Part shown: piece by piece, positions 1 through 10,154 of the stretch
How the letters are laid out: every line of letters starts with the position of its first letter
Position numbering within the stretch: position 1 is the first letter of the stretch
Notes under the pieces: generated by a model
Database searches by the model: none
Seen by the model: only the letters and a program-made list of their open reading frames with translations
What the model was told of the DNA's origin: nothing
Assembly (NCBI GenBank): GCA_964590205.1
Contig: CAZPVO010000005.1
Location: 1 to 51,958, forward strand
Direction of reading: 5' to 3'
Length of the DNA: 51,958 nt
Origin: an uncultured Candidatus Saccharibacteria bacterium
GTDB lineage: Bacteria > Patescibacteriota > Saccharimonadia > Saccharimonadales > JAGQNJ01
Made by a program: the position numbers and the translations under genes

Positions 1-675
1 TATCGCCAACGTGAAACGCTTGATTTGCAAGGAATTATGACTGTCTCAGGGGCTGGTAATATAGCTCGTGGCGATCAATTGGGAGATTTTGGGTTAGCAC
101 CACGTTTCAAAGATGCGGTTGGCCGTTTAGCAACAATGCAAAATACTCTTGTCATTGCAGATGCGCTTGATGCTCGAAAAGTTCCTTATGAAATTGTCGT
201 AGCACCAAATATGGCTTATAAAGATGAAGTTCTTGATTTGCCACCTTATGAACATGGTCGTGTACGTAAAGCGATTGAAGATGACAACATTATCCTGATT
301 GCAGGAGGAACTGGAACTGATGGAAATACTACAGATGGTGCGGTAATGTGGTATGCCCAGGATCACAGAAGACACGATGGCCAAATGCCAGTAACGGTCT
401 TAAAAGGGACTAATGTTGATGGTGTATACGAAGGTGACCCACGAAAAAATGCCAACGTAGCACGCTATTCACATATTGCTGCAGAAACCATGATTCGCAA
501 TTACGAAAAATTTAAAGTTGTTGACCTGAAAAGCTTAAAAATAGCTGTTGAGAGTGGATTAAATATGCATCTGTATCGTGATGCAGCGCATGATATCGGT
601 GAAGTTTTAGATCCTGAGTCTCAAGTCGGAACAATTATTCATGGCAAATTTGTCCCATCGCAGTTCGCAGCGTAA
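1..675 (+). CDS. UMP kinase-like (amino acid kinase family) paralog, 5'-partial
   Basis: Frame 1 is open from base 1. Motifs GAGNIARG, IAGGTG..TTD and LKGTNVDGVYEGDPRKN parallel PyrH, but the protein is divergent from the adjacent canonical copy. Confidence 0.75.
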   Translation, partial: YRQRETLDLQGIMTVSGAGNIARGDQLGDFGLAPRFKDAVGRLATMQNTLVIADALDARKVPYEIVVAPNMAYKDEVLDLPPYEHGRVRKAIEDDNIILIAGGTGTDGNTTDGAVMWYAQDHRRHDGQMPVTVLKGTNVDGVYEGDPRKNANVARYSHIAAETMIRNYEKFKVVDLKSLKIAVESGLNMHLYRDAAHDIGEVLDPESQVGTIIHGKFVPSQFAA

Positions 676-704
676 ATATGATAATTGTGGTACCATAACC
701 GATA

Positions 705-1409
705 ATGTATAAAAGAGTTCTTCTCAAACTCTCAGGTGAGCAGCTAGCTGGTAGCGAACAATTTGGTGTTGACCCTAGTGTTGCAAAATTCCTGGCTCAC
801 GAAATTAAAAAAGCTGTCGATGCAGGTTGCGAAATTGCCGTTGTAGCTGGTGGAGGCAATATGGTACGGGGTAAAGACGTTGCAGGCAATGGAATCAAAC
901 GAGTAACTGCCGACCAAATGGGAATGCTGAGCGGGCTGATTAACGCCATGGCCCTAACAGATATTTTTGAAAGTGAAGGAGTTTCAACTCGATGCTTGAG
1001 CAACGTTTTTGTAAATCAACTAGCAGAACCCTATTCAAGCCGTTTGGCGCACAAACATCTGGATCGTAAGCGAGTACTGATAATTGCTGGCGGCATAGGA
1101 CGACCTTACTTTACGCATGACACTGCGGCAATTTCATTAGCACTTGAGCTGGACTGTGAAGTAGTACTTAAGTCGACAAAAGTTGACGGTGTGTACGATA
1201 AAGATCCGGCCGAACATGCAGATGCTAAGCGACACGAGAAGATGGCTTTCCAGCATGCTGTAGAAAACCCTAACATAAAAGTTATGGATAAAGCGGCGTT
1301 GGGACTTGGTATGGAGCATGGCTTGCCAGTTATCATTTACGATGGTTTCAAAGAGGACAATCTACTCAAGATTATTAAGGGCGAAAACATCGGCACAATA
1401 ATATCTTAA
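705..1409 (+). CDS. pyrH: Uridylate kinase
   Basis: Motifs KRVLLKLSGE, GGGNMVRG, DQMGML, GRPYFTHDT, KSTKVDGVYDKDP and VMDKAA. Confidence 0.95.
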   Translation: MYKRVLLKLSGEQLAGSEQFGVDPSVAKFLAHEIKKAVDAGCEIAVVAGGGNMVRGKDVAGNGIKRVTADQMGMLSGLINAMALTDIFESEGVSTRCLSNVFVNQLAEPYSSRLAHKHLDRKRVLIIAGGIGRPYFTHDTAAISLALELDCEVVLKSTKVDGVYDKDPAEHADAKRHEKMAFQHAVENPNIKVMDKAALGLGMEHGLPVIIYDGFKEDNLLKIIKGENIGTIIS

Positions 1410-1413
1410 GAAT

Positions 1414-2193
1414 TTAGTTGTGAAGTCGCAAAAATAGCGCGGCAGCAACAGTTATACCGATGCCAATAATGATGCCGCGTATAAGTTTGGTCGGCAGACG
1501 TGTGCTATATGTTGCGCCCAACCAGCCGCCAATTGCATTTCCAATTGCCAAAGCAGGAACAACTTCCCAGGCAATGATTCCGGCATGAATAAAGTAAGCT
1601 GAGGCAACGATTGTCATAGCGATGCCGCCAAGGTTTTTAAGACCGTTCATTTGATGAATATCGCTAAGTTTGCTCAAGCCTAGCAATCCGAGCATCACGA
1701 TGCCGTAGCCGGCGCCAAAGTAGCCTCCGTAAACTGCGAGCAAAAAAATGCTGAGGGTAATAATGACGTTAAAAGCAGTTGAATGTTTGTGCTCAAACGA
1801 GCGCCCCTTTTTGCCGTACAACCACTTGTGCAATTGTGGTTGAAAAAGTATGAGTAATGTCGCAAACGCAATGAACCACGGCACAACGTACTCGAATTGG
1901 CGGTTACTTGTTTTGGCTAGCAAAACTGCGCCCACAAGCGCGCCAATAACAAACGGAAATAAAAGTAAATAATATCGCTTAGGTAGTTTGCGAACATACT
2001 TGTGATAGCCAAGTGCGGATGTAATTTGGCCAAAAAAAACAACTGGTGTGCATGTTGCATTCGCGATGACTGGCGGAATTCCAAAGCTTAGTAGCAGAGG
2101 ATAAATAATGAATGTGCCGCCACCTGCTATAGAATTTACGACACCACCAGCGAAACCAGCCACTAACAATAACCCAATTTGAAGATCGTTCAT
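1414..2193 (-). CDS. TauE/SafE (TSUP) family sulfite exporter-like membrane protein
   Basis: Motifs AGVVNSIAGGG and YGGYFGAGYG. Start re-assigned to ATG 2193 (AGAGGA SD) because the longer ORF overlaps the tRNA. Confidence 0.85.
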   Translation of the reverse strand: MNDLQIGLLLVAGFAGGVVNSIAGGGTFIIYPLLLSFGIPPVIANATCTPVVFFGQITSALGYHKYVRKLPKRYYLLLFPFVIGALVGAVLLAKTSNRQFEYVVPWFIAFATLLILFQPQLHKWLYGKKGRSFEHKHSTAFNVIITLSIFLLAVYGGYFGAGYGIVMLGLLGLSKLSDIHQMNGLKNLGGIAMTIVASAYFIHAGIIAWEVVPALAIGNAIGGWLGATYSTRLPTKLIRGIIIGIGITVAAALFLRLHN

Positions 2194-2212
2194 TCCTCTT
2201 ATGATAACAAAT

Positions 2213-2304
2213 TGGCGGAGAGAGAGGGATTCGAACCCTCGATACGCTTTGCAGCGCATACACGCTTTCCAAGCGTGCTCCTTCAACCACTCGGACACCT
2301 CTCC
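2213..2304 (-). tRNA. tRNA-Ser(GGA)
   Basis: Minus strand reads GGAGAGGTGTCCGAGTGGTTGAAGGAGCACGCTTGGAAAGCGTGT...GGTTCGAATCCCTCTCTCTCCGCCA: anticodon GGA, long variable arm, encoded CCA. Confidence 0.97.
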
Positions 2305-2385
2305 TCGTCAGCCTTAATATAGCATAAAAAGTATAGAAAAACACCTTGCACCACATCTGTAAAGTGGCTACACTATAAGATACGA

Positions 2386-3270
2386 ATGGCATTAATTGAA
2401 GTTAACGACGTCAGCAAGCTTTTCGGCTTCGGTGACGCTACTACGGTAGCCCTCGACGAAGTCAATTTTGTCGTGGAAAAAGGCGAATTCGTGGCCATCA
2501 TGGGTCCGAGCGGCTCTGGTAAATCCACGCTTATGAACATTATTGGTTTGCTGGATCACCCTACGCACGGTTCTTATAAGCTTAATGGCACATTTTCGAC
2601 TAAACTTGGTCGTACCAAGCGAGCGAAGTTGCGCCGTGACACGATCGGCTTTGTGTTTCAGTCTTACAATTTGCTACCTCGCCTCACCATCATCGACAAC
2701 GTTGCCCTGCCCTTATCGTATAAAGGCATTACACCTGTTCGCCGTCAAAAACGAGCGGCTGAAATTTTAGAACGTGTTGGGTTGGAAGACCGACAGTACT
2801 ATTACCCTCGCCAACTCAGTGGTGGTCAGGTTCAACGTGCCGCTATTGCTCGGGCACTTATTAACAATCCGAGTTTGATTATTGCTGATGAGCCAACGGG
2901 AAACCTGGATAGTTTATCGAGCCGTGTGGTGATGGAACTGCTGAGCGAGATTCATCAGTCTGGTAATACGATTTTAATGGTCACGCACAATCCCGAGCTC
3001 ACCCGCTACGCCAATCGCGTTGTGTACATGCATGACGGAGCGATTATCCATGACAAGCCAAGTCCAATTGGCGAAGTGCCGCGCGCAATTCGTAAGTCAA
3101 TGTACTTTGCACCAAAGACAACTGAAGAAGACAACCTCGCAGGCGTGTCAGCGCTCATGAAAGTATTACCTGGTGGTGACAGCCAAAAGGTTCACAAGTC
3201 TAAAGCCAAAAAAACAATTGTTAAAAAGCCTCGAACCCGCCGTACAACTAAAAAGGTGGCCAAAAAATGA
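2386..3270 (+). CDS. ABC transporter ATP-binding protein (MacB/LolD-like) with Lys-rich C-terminal tail
   Basis: Walker A GPSGSGKST, signature LSGGQ, Walker B IIADEPTGNLD and an H-loop. Confidence 0.93.
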   Translation: MALIEVNDVSKLFGFGDATTVALDEVNFVVEKGEFVAIMGPSGSGKSTLMNIIGLLDHPTHGSYKLNGTFSTKLGRTKRAKLRRDTIGFVFQSYNLLPRLTIIDNVALPLSYKGITPVRRQKRAAEILERVGLEDRQYYYPRQLSGGQVQRAAIARALINNPSLIIADEPTGNLDSLSSRVVMELLSEIHQSGNTILMVTHNPELTRYANRVVYMHDGAIIHDKPSPIGEVPRAIRKSMYFAPKTTEEDNLAGVSALMKVLPGGDSQKVHKSKAKKTIVKKPRTRRTTKKVAKK

Positions 3271-4493
3271 TGCAAGGCAATATCAAAATGGCCTGGCATG
3301 CTATTCGTACAGCCAGGTGGCGAAGTTTGCTAACGGTGTTCGGTATTATCATTGGCATTACATCAGTTGTTACAACAGTAAGTTTGGGGCAAGGCGTCAA
3401 AACCCAAGTTCGCAAGCAAGTTGCTTTTCTGGGTAACGATGTCGTCACAATTCGACCTGGCGAAGCAATTCAACACGACAGTAGCGGCCTCGTGAGCGGT
3501 ATTAACATGACTTCTAATTTGCAGTCGAATATCTTGACCGATAATGATCTTACCACCGTTCAAAACTCACCGGGCGTCAGCAAAGTTGTGCCGCTTAGCA
3601 TTATTAGCGGAACACCTTCTAAAGAAGGCGCAGCTTACAATCAAGCTATCGTTATTTCTACTAACGAAGGTTTGCCCGACGTGCTCAAGCACAAAGTCCA
3701 ATACGGAGAATTTTTTAGACAAGAAGACGAAGGCAAAAATGTAGCAGTTATTGGTAGTAAAGTTGCACACGAAGTCTTTAAAGAAAACGTGCCGATTGGC
3801 AAAAGTTTTACTTTTCGCGACCAAGACTTTATTGTTCGTGGTGTTCTGGATGATTTTGATAGCAACCCTATAGTCCCTGGGCTGGACTTAAATAATGTTG
3901 TTTTTATTCCGTATGTGACAGGTAAAACGCTCACTAATAACAGCTCGCAAATGTTCCAGATTTTCGTGCAGCCAAAAAATTCAAATAACCTTTCGTCAAC
4001 TATTAGCGCTGTAAAAGATAACTTACAAAAAGCACACGGTGGTCAGGAAGATTTTATGATTTTAACCCAGGCCGAATCACTCAATGCGAATAATAATATC
4101 CTTAATTTACTGACAAGTTTAGTAGCCGCTGTGGCAGCCATTTCCCTATTCGTTGGCGGTATCGGCATTATGAATATCATGCTTGTATCTGTAACTGAGC
4201 GAACGCACGAGATTGGTATTCGAAAAGCTATAGGCGCGACAAATCGCCAAATCTTAAACGAGTTTATGACTGAAGCGATGGTGCTCAGCTTGGTCGGTGG
4301 TGTTATCGGCAGCTTTGTTGCTATTTTGCTGAATTTGTTAATTAAGGTTTTCACCAATCTTCAGCCGGTTATAACTTGGCAAGTGCTGTTGATTGCTAAT
4401 GTTGTTGCACTATTTGTCGGCGTGATCTTTGGGGTTGCACCTGCTATGAAAGCGGCTCGCAAAGACCCAATAGAGGCTTTAAGGAACGAGTGA
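3267..4493 (+). CDS. ABC transporter permease, MacB/FtsX family
   Basis: Motifs RSLLTVFGIIIGI, GGIGIMNIMLVSVTERTHEIGIRKAIGA and C-terminal PAMKAARKDPIEALR. ATGA overlap with the ATPase gene. Confidence 0.93.
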   Translation: MMQGNIKMAWHAIRTARWRSLLTVFGIIIGITSVVTTVSLGQGVKTQVRKQVAFLGNDVVTIRPGEAIQHDSSGLVSGINMTSNLQSNILTDNDLTTVQNSPGVSKVVPLSIISGTPSKEGAAYNQAIVISTNEGLPDVLKHKVQYGEFFRQEDEGKNVAVIGSKVAHEVFKENVPIGKSFTFRDQDFIVRGVLDDFDSNPIVPGLDLNNVVFIPYVTGKTLTNNSSQMFQIFVQPKNSNNLSSTISAVKDNLQKAHGGQEDFMILTQAESLNANNNILNLLTSLVAAVAAISLFVGGIGIMNIMLVSVTERTHEIGIRKAIGATNRQILNEFMTEAMVLSLVGGVIGSFVAILLNLLIKVFTNLQPVITWQVLLIANVVALFVGVIFGVAPAMKAARKDPIEALRNE

Positions 4494-4498
4494 TAAAG

Positions 4499-4720
4499 TT
4501 ACTTTCTTGTAACGAAGTAGATGGCACCCACAACCATGCCAATAAGTGATAAACCAGCGATAACTACACCAATGGTAGCCATTAGCCCAGTTATGACGCT
4601 CAGGCCAAACACAGTATTATAGCTGCCACTTTTGGTAGCTTCTATAATTGCTTGGCCTGACAAAGCCATAAGTAACCCACACAATAAGCCAATTGTTGAT
4701 GCAATAACCAGTTTATTCAT
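4499..4720 (-). CDS. Small two-TM hypothetical membrane protein
   Basis: Two hydrophobic segments and an AGG SD upstream; co-oriented with the HdeD gene. Confidence 0.6.
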   Translation of the reverse strand: MNKLVIASTIGLLCGLLMALSGQAIIEATKSGSYNTVFGLSVITGLMATIGVVIAGLSLIGMVVGAIYFVTRK

Positions 4721-4739
4721 GGGTTACCTTTTTACTTAA

Positions 4740-5294
4740 CTATTTCTTTCCTTCAACGGTGTGCTTGACATCAAGTGACAATGCAACCCAGATTGGACCA
4801 GTAATCAAAGCGTACAGTCCAAGTACCCATACAAAGGCAACCCCGCCTGATACAGGTTCCATCAAAATGATGACACCAACAAGTACAGATAGAACTGCAC
4901 CTATAATCATGAGCATCTTATTTGTAGCACCGTTCTCATCGACAAGTGCCATAATACCTTCAAAGACACCACGGGCGATAAGTACTAACCCGGCAACGAG
5001 GATGAAGGTTGTGAACGTTACGCCTGGGTGACGTACCAAGTACACACCTACGGCAAGTTCGACGATTCCAAGAATCATCTTCCAGAACCAAGTTTGCTTA
5101 CGACTAAGCTGTACAACAGATTCCACCATGCCAACGATACCGCTGACAAGGATGTAAATACTGAAGATATACACCAAAGTTACTAATGTTAATCCTGGCC
5201 AAAATACCGCGGCAATACCGAAAAGAATTCCAGCAATACCACGAAACATCAAGGCCTCCCACATTGGCTTGAGCGCTTTAGCGTCCATAGACAC
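4740..5294 (-). CDS. HdeD/DUF308 family membrane protein
   Basis: RGIAGILFGIAAVFWPG..L start and repeated Gly-rich TM pairs; AAGGAGG SD before a GTG start. Confidence 0.85.
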   Translation of the reverse strand: MSMDAKALKPMWEALMFRGIAGILFGIAAVFWPGLTLVTLVYIFSIYILVSGIVGMVESVVQLSRKQTWFWKMILGIVELAVGVYLVRHPGVTFTTFILVAGLVLIARGVFEGIMALVDENGATNKMLMIIGAVLSVLVGVIILMEPVSGGVAFVWVLGLYALITGPIWVALSLDVKHTVEGKK

Positions 5295-5368
5295 CTCCTT
5301 AATTTATTCTGTCTATATTAAAGGCTGTTTTTGCGCGCAAGTCAATTGCTCGCTTCTCTATGTGAATT

Positions 5369-6091
5369 TCATGCAGAGACATCGAGCTGCCTCCTTCCGT
5401 TCATAACAAATCTTGCGACAACTAGCTTTTCAACTCGCTTGTCCTCTTCCTCAAGTAAAGTCGCAGTCTCATGTTCTTGCCATTCTAGACGCATTTCTTC
5501 TGTTACTGGAACTGGTTCATGATCGATCAGTAAGCGCTTAACGTCGGCATCAGTAAGAATATCGTATGGCGGTAAGCCATTTTTATCGAGCCTCTTATCC
5601 ATCCAGTGAAATGATGGACCAGAGAAATCTAACCCTTGTCGCATCACTTCCTCGTCAATGCCGGGCCCATGACAGTTTGAGGTAGCTGGGAGAGGCCCGT
5701 GGTGAATGTTAGCAATAGGAATTCCTTCAAGCACGTCGCCGACTAACTTGCGCATAAATCCAAGAGCAACATACATGTATATGCCACGCTCATCAGCTAG
5801 TTGTAGCATGCGCTCACTCGCCTCGTAGCTAATCGTTCCCTCAACTTCTTTGCCATCAATTTTTGGAAGTGTACAGGTTTTTTGCGTCTTATTTGAAATA
5901 TGGACTACTTCAATTCCAAGTTTTTCGGCGCGTTGCCACACCTCGGCATGTTCGGGACCGTTATTGCTCACGATGTATTCAATTTTTATTCCTGGTGCTT
6001 CCCCATTTTGAATAGCAAGTTCCAAGGCTTCTACCGTTGTACCACCGCCTCCGGCAAATACACCAATTCCGAACTCAGCTGATTCAGCCAT
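5369..6091 (-). CDS. PurN-like formyltransferase (GAR transformylase fold)
   Basis: Motifs GVFAGGGGT, IVSNN, LGFMRKL and ANIHHGPLP (NxH catalytic pair), with a divergent C-terminus. Confidence 0.7.
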   Translation of the reverse strand: MAESAEFGIGVFAGGGGTTVEALELAIQNGEAPGIKIEYIVSNNGPEHAEVWQRAEKLGIEVVHISNKTQKTCTLPKIDGKEVEGTISYEASERMLQLADERGIYMYVALGFMRKLVGDVLEGIPIANIHHGPLPATSNCHGPGIDEEVMRQGLDFSGPSFHWMDKRLDKNGLPPYDILTDADVKRLLIDHEPVPVTEEMRLEWQEHETATLLEEEDKRVEKLVVARFVMNGRRQLDVSA

Positions 6092-6148
6092 GCGCCTCCT
6101 TATTTATGACATTTTCGCAAGTAGCCCGCACAAACACAAGCATAGGCA

Positions 6149-7624
6149 CTATGCTTTTGCTTTAGATTTTTTGGTGGATTTACTCACAGCAGCCAATCCA
6201 AGGCCAAGCCCTGTATATAGCCAAATATACGTGGCATTGATGTAGGTGCCAAAGAAGCAGTATTGGATAGCGAAACTTATAAGAATTGCTGCCAGCACGA
6301 TGCCAAATGTAGTCGTTGCCTTACCTGCTAGTTTAATTGTTCGAACAATTGCTAAGATCCCTAATGCTACAAATGCTAGGATTCCAACAAGGCCGATTTC
6401 AACCAGCATGAAGATGTACTGCACATAAATCGTGAAACTCAGCGGTAATAGTGGGTTTTGATCATGTGCATATGAGCCAAGGTTGCCGACACCCAGCCCA
6501 AGAAGCATAGTTGTTTTGTCTTTGCGCCACCACTTTATGCCCAGCGATGCAGCGCTTTCGCGGTCAGCTTGAGATGACGTGAGAGCGCCAGGACTTTGGA
6601 AATTAGTTGGCGAATCTTGACTTGGTTGAGCTGGCACCACAGGCTGTTGGGCTGGAACTGCTTGCCCTGCAACTGGTTTCGGATCGTTATACGGTAAATT
6701 AATATGTCCGCCACTCAAATGCTCAACAATTGTTGCGAATGTCGCAGGAGCAATGTCAGCTGTCGCTTTGTGATAGCGAACCGTTGCAGCACCAATCATT
6801 GTGCCAAAACCTAACAAACACGCTAGGACTGCAACCGCCGAAACTTTAAGAAACTGTGCAACTCGAAGTTTTTTATAAGCCAGCAAAATAATAGTGAGTG
6901 CGATATAGCCGATGATTAATGCGATGTATGAACCACGCGATAATGTTAGTGTCATGGTAAATACCAAAAAGCCGAAAATAATATAGGAACGGATACCACT
7001 TTTTTGCCGCAGCAAATAACCGTATACCAGCAAAATCGGCGCCAGCAGACTATTGGCAAAAAACTGCGGCTCTGCCGCAAAGCCATTTACTCTCGGAAAA
7101 CCAAAAATTCCTGGCCGACAATTAATGCAAAGTCCTAACGTATTGGTTCGAAAAACATTAACCGCAAATTGCAATAAACTAAAACCGGCAACAGCGGCAG
7201 CCATGATAACAATTGCCCGAAACATAGTGTGTTGCAAATCTTTGGTTAACTGAGTTTTGGCAAATGCCCAGCCACTCAACAGCAGCATAACAAGAAGAAT
7301 AAATGAGCTGCTGAGTAATGCGCTTCGCGATATACTCAGCGAACGAAATGGCGACATCGCCGCCAAAATAATCAAAATCACACTACCAAGTAGGACTACT
7401 GGATCTTTTACGAGTTGTCGTCTGATTTGCCAAAGTACAGGCAACATTACAAGTACAAACAGCGCAGTCAGTAACTGATAAAGGCCAACCCTAAAGCTCA
7501 CAAATCCGTAAGCTGGCGTGGAAATCGATGGATTAAAACTAAACGGCGCACATGCGAGTAGAGCAATAAACAGCCATTCGCGGACAATATTAAGTTTAGT
7601 CTGTAGAATACTCGCACTTTTCAT
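6149..7624 (-). CDS. O-antigen ligase/polymerase (Wzy_C/WaaL) family membrane protein
   Basis: About 12 TM segments; motifs RVNGFAAEPQFFA, LTLSRG and LLGLGVGN. Confidence 0.8.
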   Translation of the reverse strand: MKSASILQTKLNIVREWLFIALLACAPFSFNPSISTPAYGFVSFRVGLYQLLTALFVLVMLPVLWQIRRQLVKDPVVLLGSVILIILAAMSPFRSLSISRSALLSSSFILLVMLLLSGWAFAKTQLTKDLQHTMFRAIVIMAAAVAGFSLLQFAVNVFRTNTLGLCINCRPGIFGFPRVNGFAAEPQFFANSLLAPILLVYGYLLRQKSGIRSYIIFGFLVFTMTLTLSRGSYIALIIGYIALTIILLAYKKLRVAQFLKVSAVAVLACLLGFGTMIGAATVRYHKATADIAPATFATIVEHLSGGHINLPYNDPKPVAGQAVPAQQPVVPAQPSQDSPTNFQSPGALTSSQADRESAASLGIKWWRKDKTTMLLGLGVGNLGSYAHDQNPLLPLSFTIYVQYIFMLVEIGLVGILAFVALGILAIVRTIKLAGKATTTFGIVLAAILISFAIQYCFFGTYINATYIWLYTGLGLGLAAVSKSTKKSKAKA

Positions 7625-7690
7625 GTAGTGTTCCTATTATAACTGAGACTTGCGCGTGCTAAGATAAAAATATAACGAAAAGGATGTGCT

Positions 7691-8413
7691 ATGAAAGAAT
7701 GGGATTTTAGTAACTTGAGAGCGGTCTTTATTAATTGCACGCTGTCACCTTCTCCAAAAGTGAGTCACACTGAAAAACTTGCCAACATCAGTATAAATAT
7801 TATGAAAAAACATGGCGTTAAAGTTGAGCTTATTCGTCTGGTTGATCATGATGTTGCACCGGGCGTGTATCCAGATATGACCAAACAAGGTTTCACGAGT
7901 GACGAATGGCCAAAAATTCAAGCTAAAGTTATGGACGCTGATATTTTGGTGCTCTGCGGTCCTATCTGGCTTGGCGACAATTCAAGTGAGATGAAAAAAG
8001 CCATCGAGCGATTATATGCAAACTCTGGCGATCTGAACAAAAAAGGTCAATACGCCTATTACGGCAAAGTCGGAGGCTGCTTAATTACTGGTAACGAAGA
8101 CGGTATTAAGCACTGTGCTATGAATGTCCTCTATAGCCTGCAGCATCTTGGATACACTATTCCGCCGCAAGCTGACGCTGGCTGGATTGGTGAAGCCGGT
8201 CCAGGCGCCAGTTATGGCGATAAAAATGAAGATGGCACGATCGTTGGCGTTAACAACGATTTTACCAATCGCAATACGACTTTTATGACTTGGAATCTTA
8301 TGCACGAAGCCAAGCTGCTTAAAGAAAACGGTGGCATTCCAGCCTACGGTAACCAACGATCAAAGTGGGACGCTGGCGCACGTTTTGATTTTGAGAATCC
8401 CGAATACCGCTAA
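7691..8413 (+). CDS. Flavodoxin-like NAD(P)H-dependent FMN reductase family protein
   Basis: Motifs FINCTL..SP..SHT, ADILVLCGPIWLG, GKVGGCLITGNEDG and NRNTTFMTWNL. Confidence 0.85.
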   Translation: MKEWDFSNLRAVFINCTLSPSPKVSHTEKLANISINIMKKHGVKVELIRLVDHDVAPGVYPDMTKQGFTSDEWPKIQAKVMDADILVLCGPIWLGDNSSEMKKAIERLYANSGDLNKKGQYAYYGKVGGCLITGNEDGIKHCAMNVLYSLQHLGYTIPPQADAGWIGEAGPGASYGDKNEDGTIVGVNNDFTNRNTTFMTWNLMHEAKLLKENGGIPAYGNQRSKWDAGARFDFENPEYR

Positions 8414-8432
8414 CAACTTTTGCTGGGCAATA

Positions 8433-9440
8433 TTACATCGGTAATCGTACGCTAAAAGTCGATCCTTCATCGGGTTTGCTGGAAACTTTTATTTCGCCGC
8501 CATGCAAATCCACAATGTCTTTGGCAATTGAAAGCCCCAAACCGTAGCCGTTATACTCATGCTTGGAGCGGGCACTATCGGCTCGGTAAAACCGTTCAAA
8601 AATTCGTGCAATATCATGTGCTTGTATACCGATACCTTTGTCAATTATGTTGATGACTGCGGTTTTGTTTTCTTTGATAAGCTCAACAATTACATCTGAC
8701 TTCTCTGGACTATATTTAACTGCATTGTCGAGGATAATGGTAAGTGCTTCGCTGAGGCCTTCGCTATCGACATTCGCTTTTATATCACTGGCAATTTTTG
8801 TATCAAGTGATATTTTTTTGGCTTTGGTAGTAGCTTCAACTTGCTGAACAGATTTATTGATGACGGATTTTAACGATGAAATCTTGGCGTCGATGGTATG
8901 ATTTTCGAGCCGAGCGAGTCGTAATAAGCCTTCGGACAATGATGTGAGTCGTGCGAGTTCTTCTAAATTACTTTGTAGCTGTTCTTTGGCTTCCTTCAAG
9001 GTAAGCTTTGGATTCATGAGGGACACCTCAATTTCTGATTGCATGGCGGCAATTGGTGTGCGCAGTTCATGGCTGGCATCGGCAGTAAAGCGTTCCAACG
9101 CTTCATGTGATTCCTCGATTGGCTTGAGGGTGCGGCGAGCCAAGTAATGGCTGAGCAATCCCCCGCCAACCAAGATAATGACGTTCGTCAGGATGAGTCG
9201 TCCCAACACATGACTCTTTGCTTCCTGCAGCGCAATCAGACGGTTGTTTGTAAATTCATCCCTAGAGTCAAACGGCAAAATACTATCGGGCAATCGATCG
9301 ATAACAACGCCTTGCCTTCGAAAATCACGGCTGAGCTCAGATACCAAAATGTTATAAAGATTGAGACTAAAGAAAATACTGATGGCCATGATAATGCCTA
9401 AATATAATGCAGTCAGTCTGGTCGTTGTCTTTTCAAACAC
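8433..9440 (-). CDS. Sensor histidine kinase
   Basis: H-box FTADASHELRTP, N-box ILDNAVKYS, G-boxes DKGIGI and GYGLGLSIA; two TM segments. Confidence 0.95.
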   Translation of the reverse strand: MFEKTTTRLTALYLGIIMAISIFFSLNLYNILVSELSRDFRRQGVVIDRLPDSILPFDSRDEFTNNRLIALQEAKSHVLGRLILTNVIILVGGGLLSHYLARRTLKPIEESHEALERFTADASHELRTPIAAMQSEIEVSLMNPKLTLKEAKEQLQSNLEELARLTSLSEGLLRLARLENHTIDAKISSLKSVINKSVQQVEATTKAKKISLDTKIASDIKANVDSEGLSEALTIILDNAVKYSPEKSDVIVELIKENKTAVINIIDKGIGIQAHDIARIFERFYRADSARSKHEYNGYGLGLSIAKDIVDLHGGEIKVSSKPDEGSTFSVRLPM

Positions 9441-10117
9441 TAGGCTTTTTCTCCAAAATAATAACCAAAGCCGCGACGCGTGTGAATGAGTGGCTTATCG
9501 AACGGCTTATCGACTTTATTTCGCAGGTAACCAATGTACACCTCGACTGTGTTGGGCAAAATGTCTGCATCATAATTCCAGACATGTTGAATCAATGAAT
9601 CTTTGGTGAGAACTTTTTCGGGATTAAGCATTAAATATTCCAGCAGAGCGAATTCTTTATGTGTCAGCTCAATTGATTTTTGATCACGTGTTACAACCAT
9701 GGCCTGTGGATCGAGACTTAAATCTTTATACGTTAAAACAGTTGTTCCTTTTGCATTCGAGCGCCTGAGCAGCGCGCGCACCCGAGCAATCAACTCCAAA
9801 AATGCGAATGGCTTTACTAAGTAATCGTCAGCACCGCTGTTTAACCCATGGGCGCGGTCGAGAACTTTGTCTTTTGCTGTAAGTAATAACATGGCGGTGT
9901 GAATATTCTGCTCACGGATAGACTTTAAAATCCCTATGCCATCAACACTACCCGGTAACATGCGATCGAGAATGATCAGATCGTAGGGTTCGCTGACGGC
10001 CATAGCCAGCCCATCATCACCGTTGTAGGCGACGTCTACGGCATAGGATTGCTGTTCTAGGCCGCGCTTAATTGCATTTGCAATTTTATGTTCATCTTCG
10101 ACTACCAGAATTCTCAT
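9440..10117 (-). CDS. OmpR-family response regulator
   Basis: MRILVVEDE start at ATG 10117, phospho-acceptor LIILDRMLP, GADDYLVKPF and a winged-helix C-terminus. Confidence 0.95.
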   Translation of the reverse strand: MRILVVEDEHKIANAIKRGLEQQSYAVDVAYNGDDGLAMAVSEPYDLIILDRMLPGSVDGIGILKSIREQNIHTAMLLLTAKDKVLDRAHGLNSGADDYLVKPFAFLELIARVRALLRRSNAKGTTVLTYKDLSLDPQAMVVTRDQKSIELTHKEFALLEYLMLNPEKVLTKDSLIQHVWNYDADILPNTVEVYIGYLRNKVDKPFDKPLIHTRRGFGYYFGEKA

Positions 10118-10154
10118 ATCTCTATTGTAGCGGGAAATATCTGAGAACAAACTG

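Noticed and set aside
2194-2298. N-terminal extension of the TauE ORF, and ORF 1979..2392
   Set aside because: Both overlap tRNA-Ser; the real start is ATG 2193, which has an SD.
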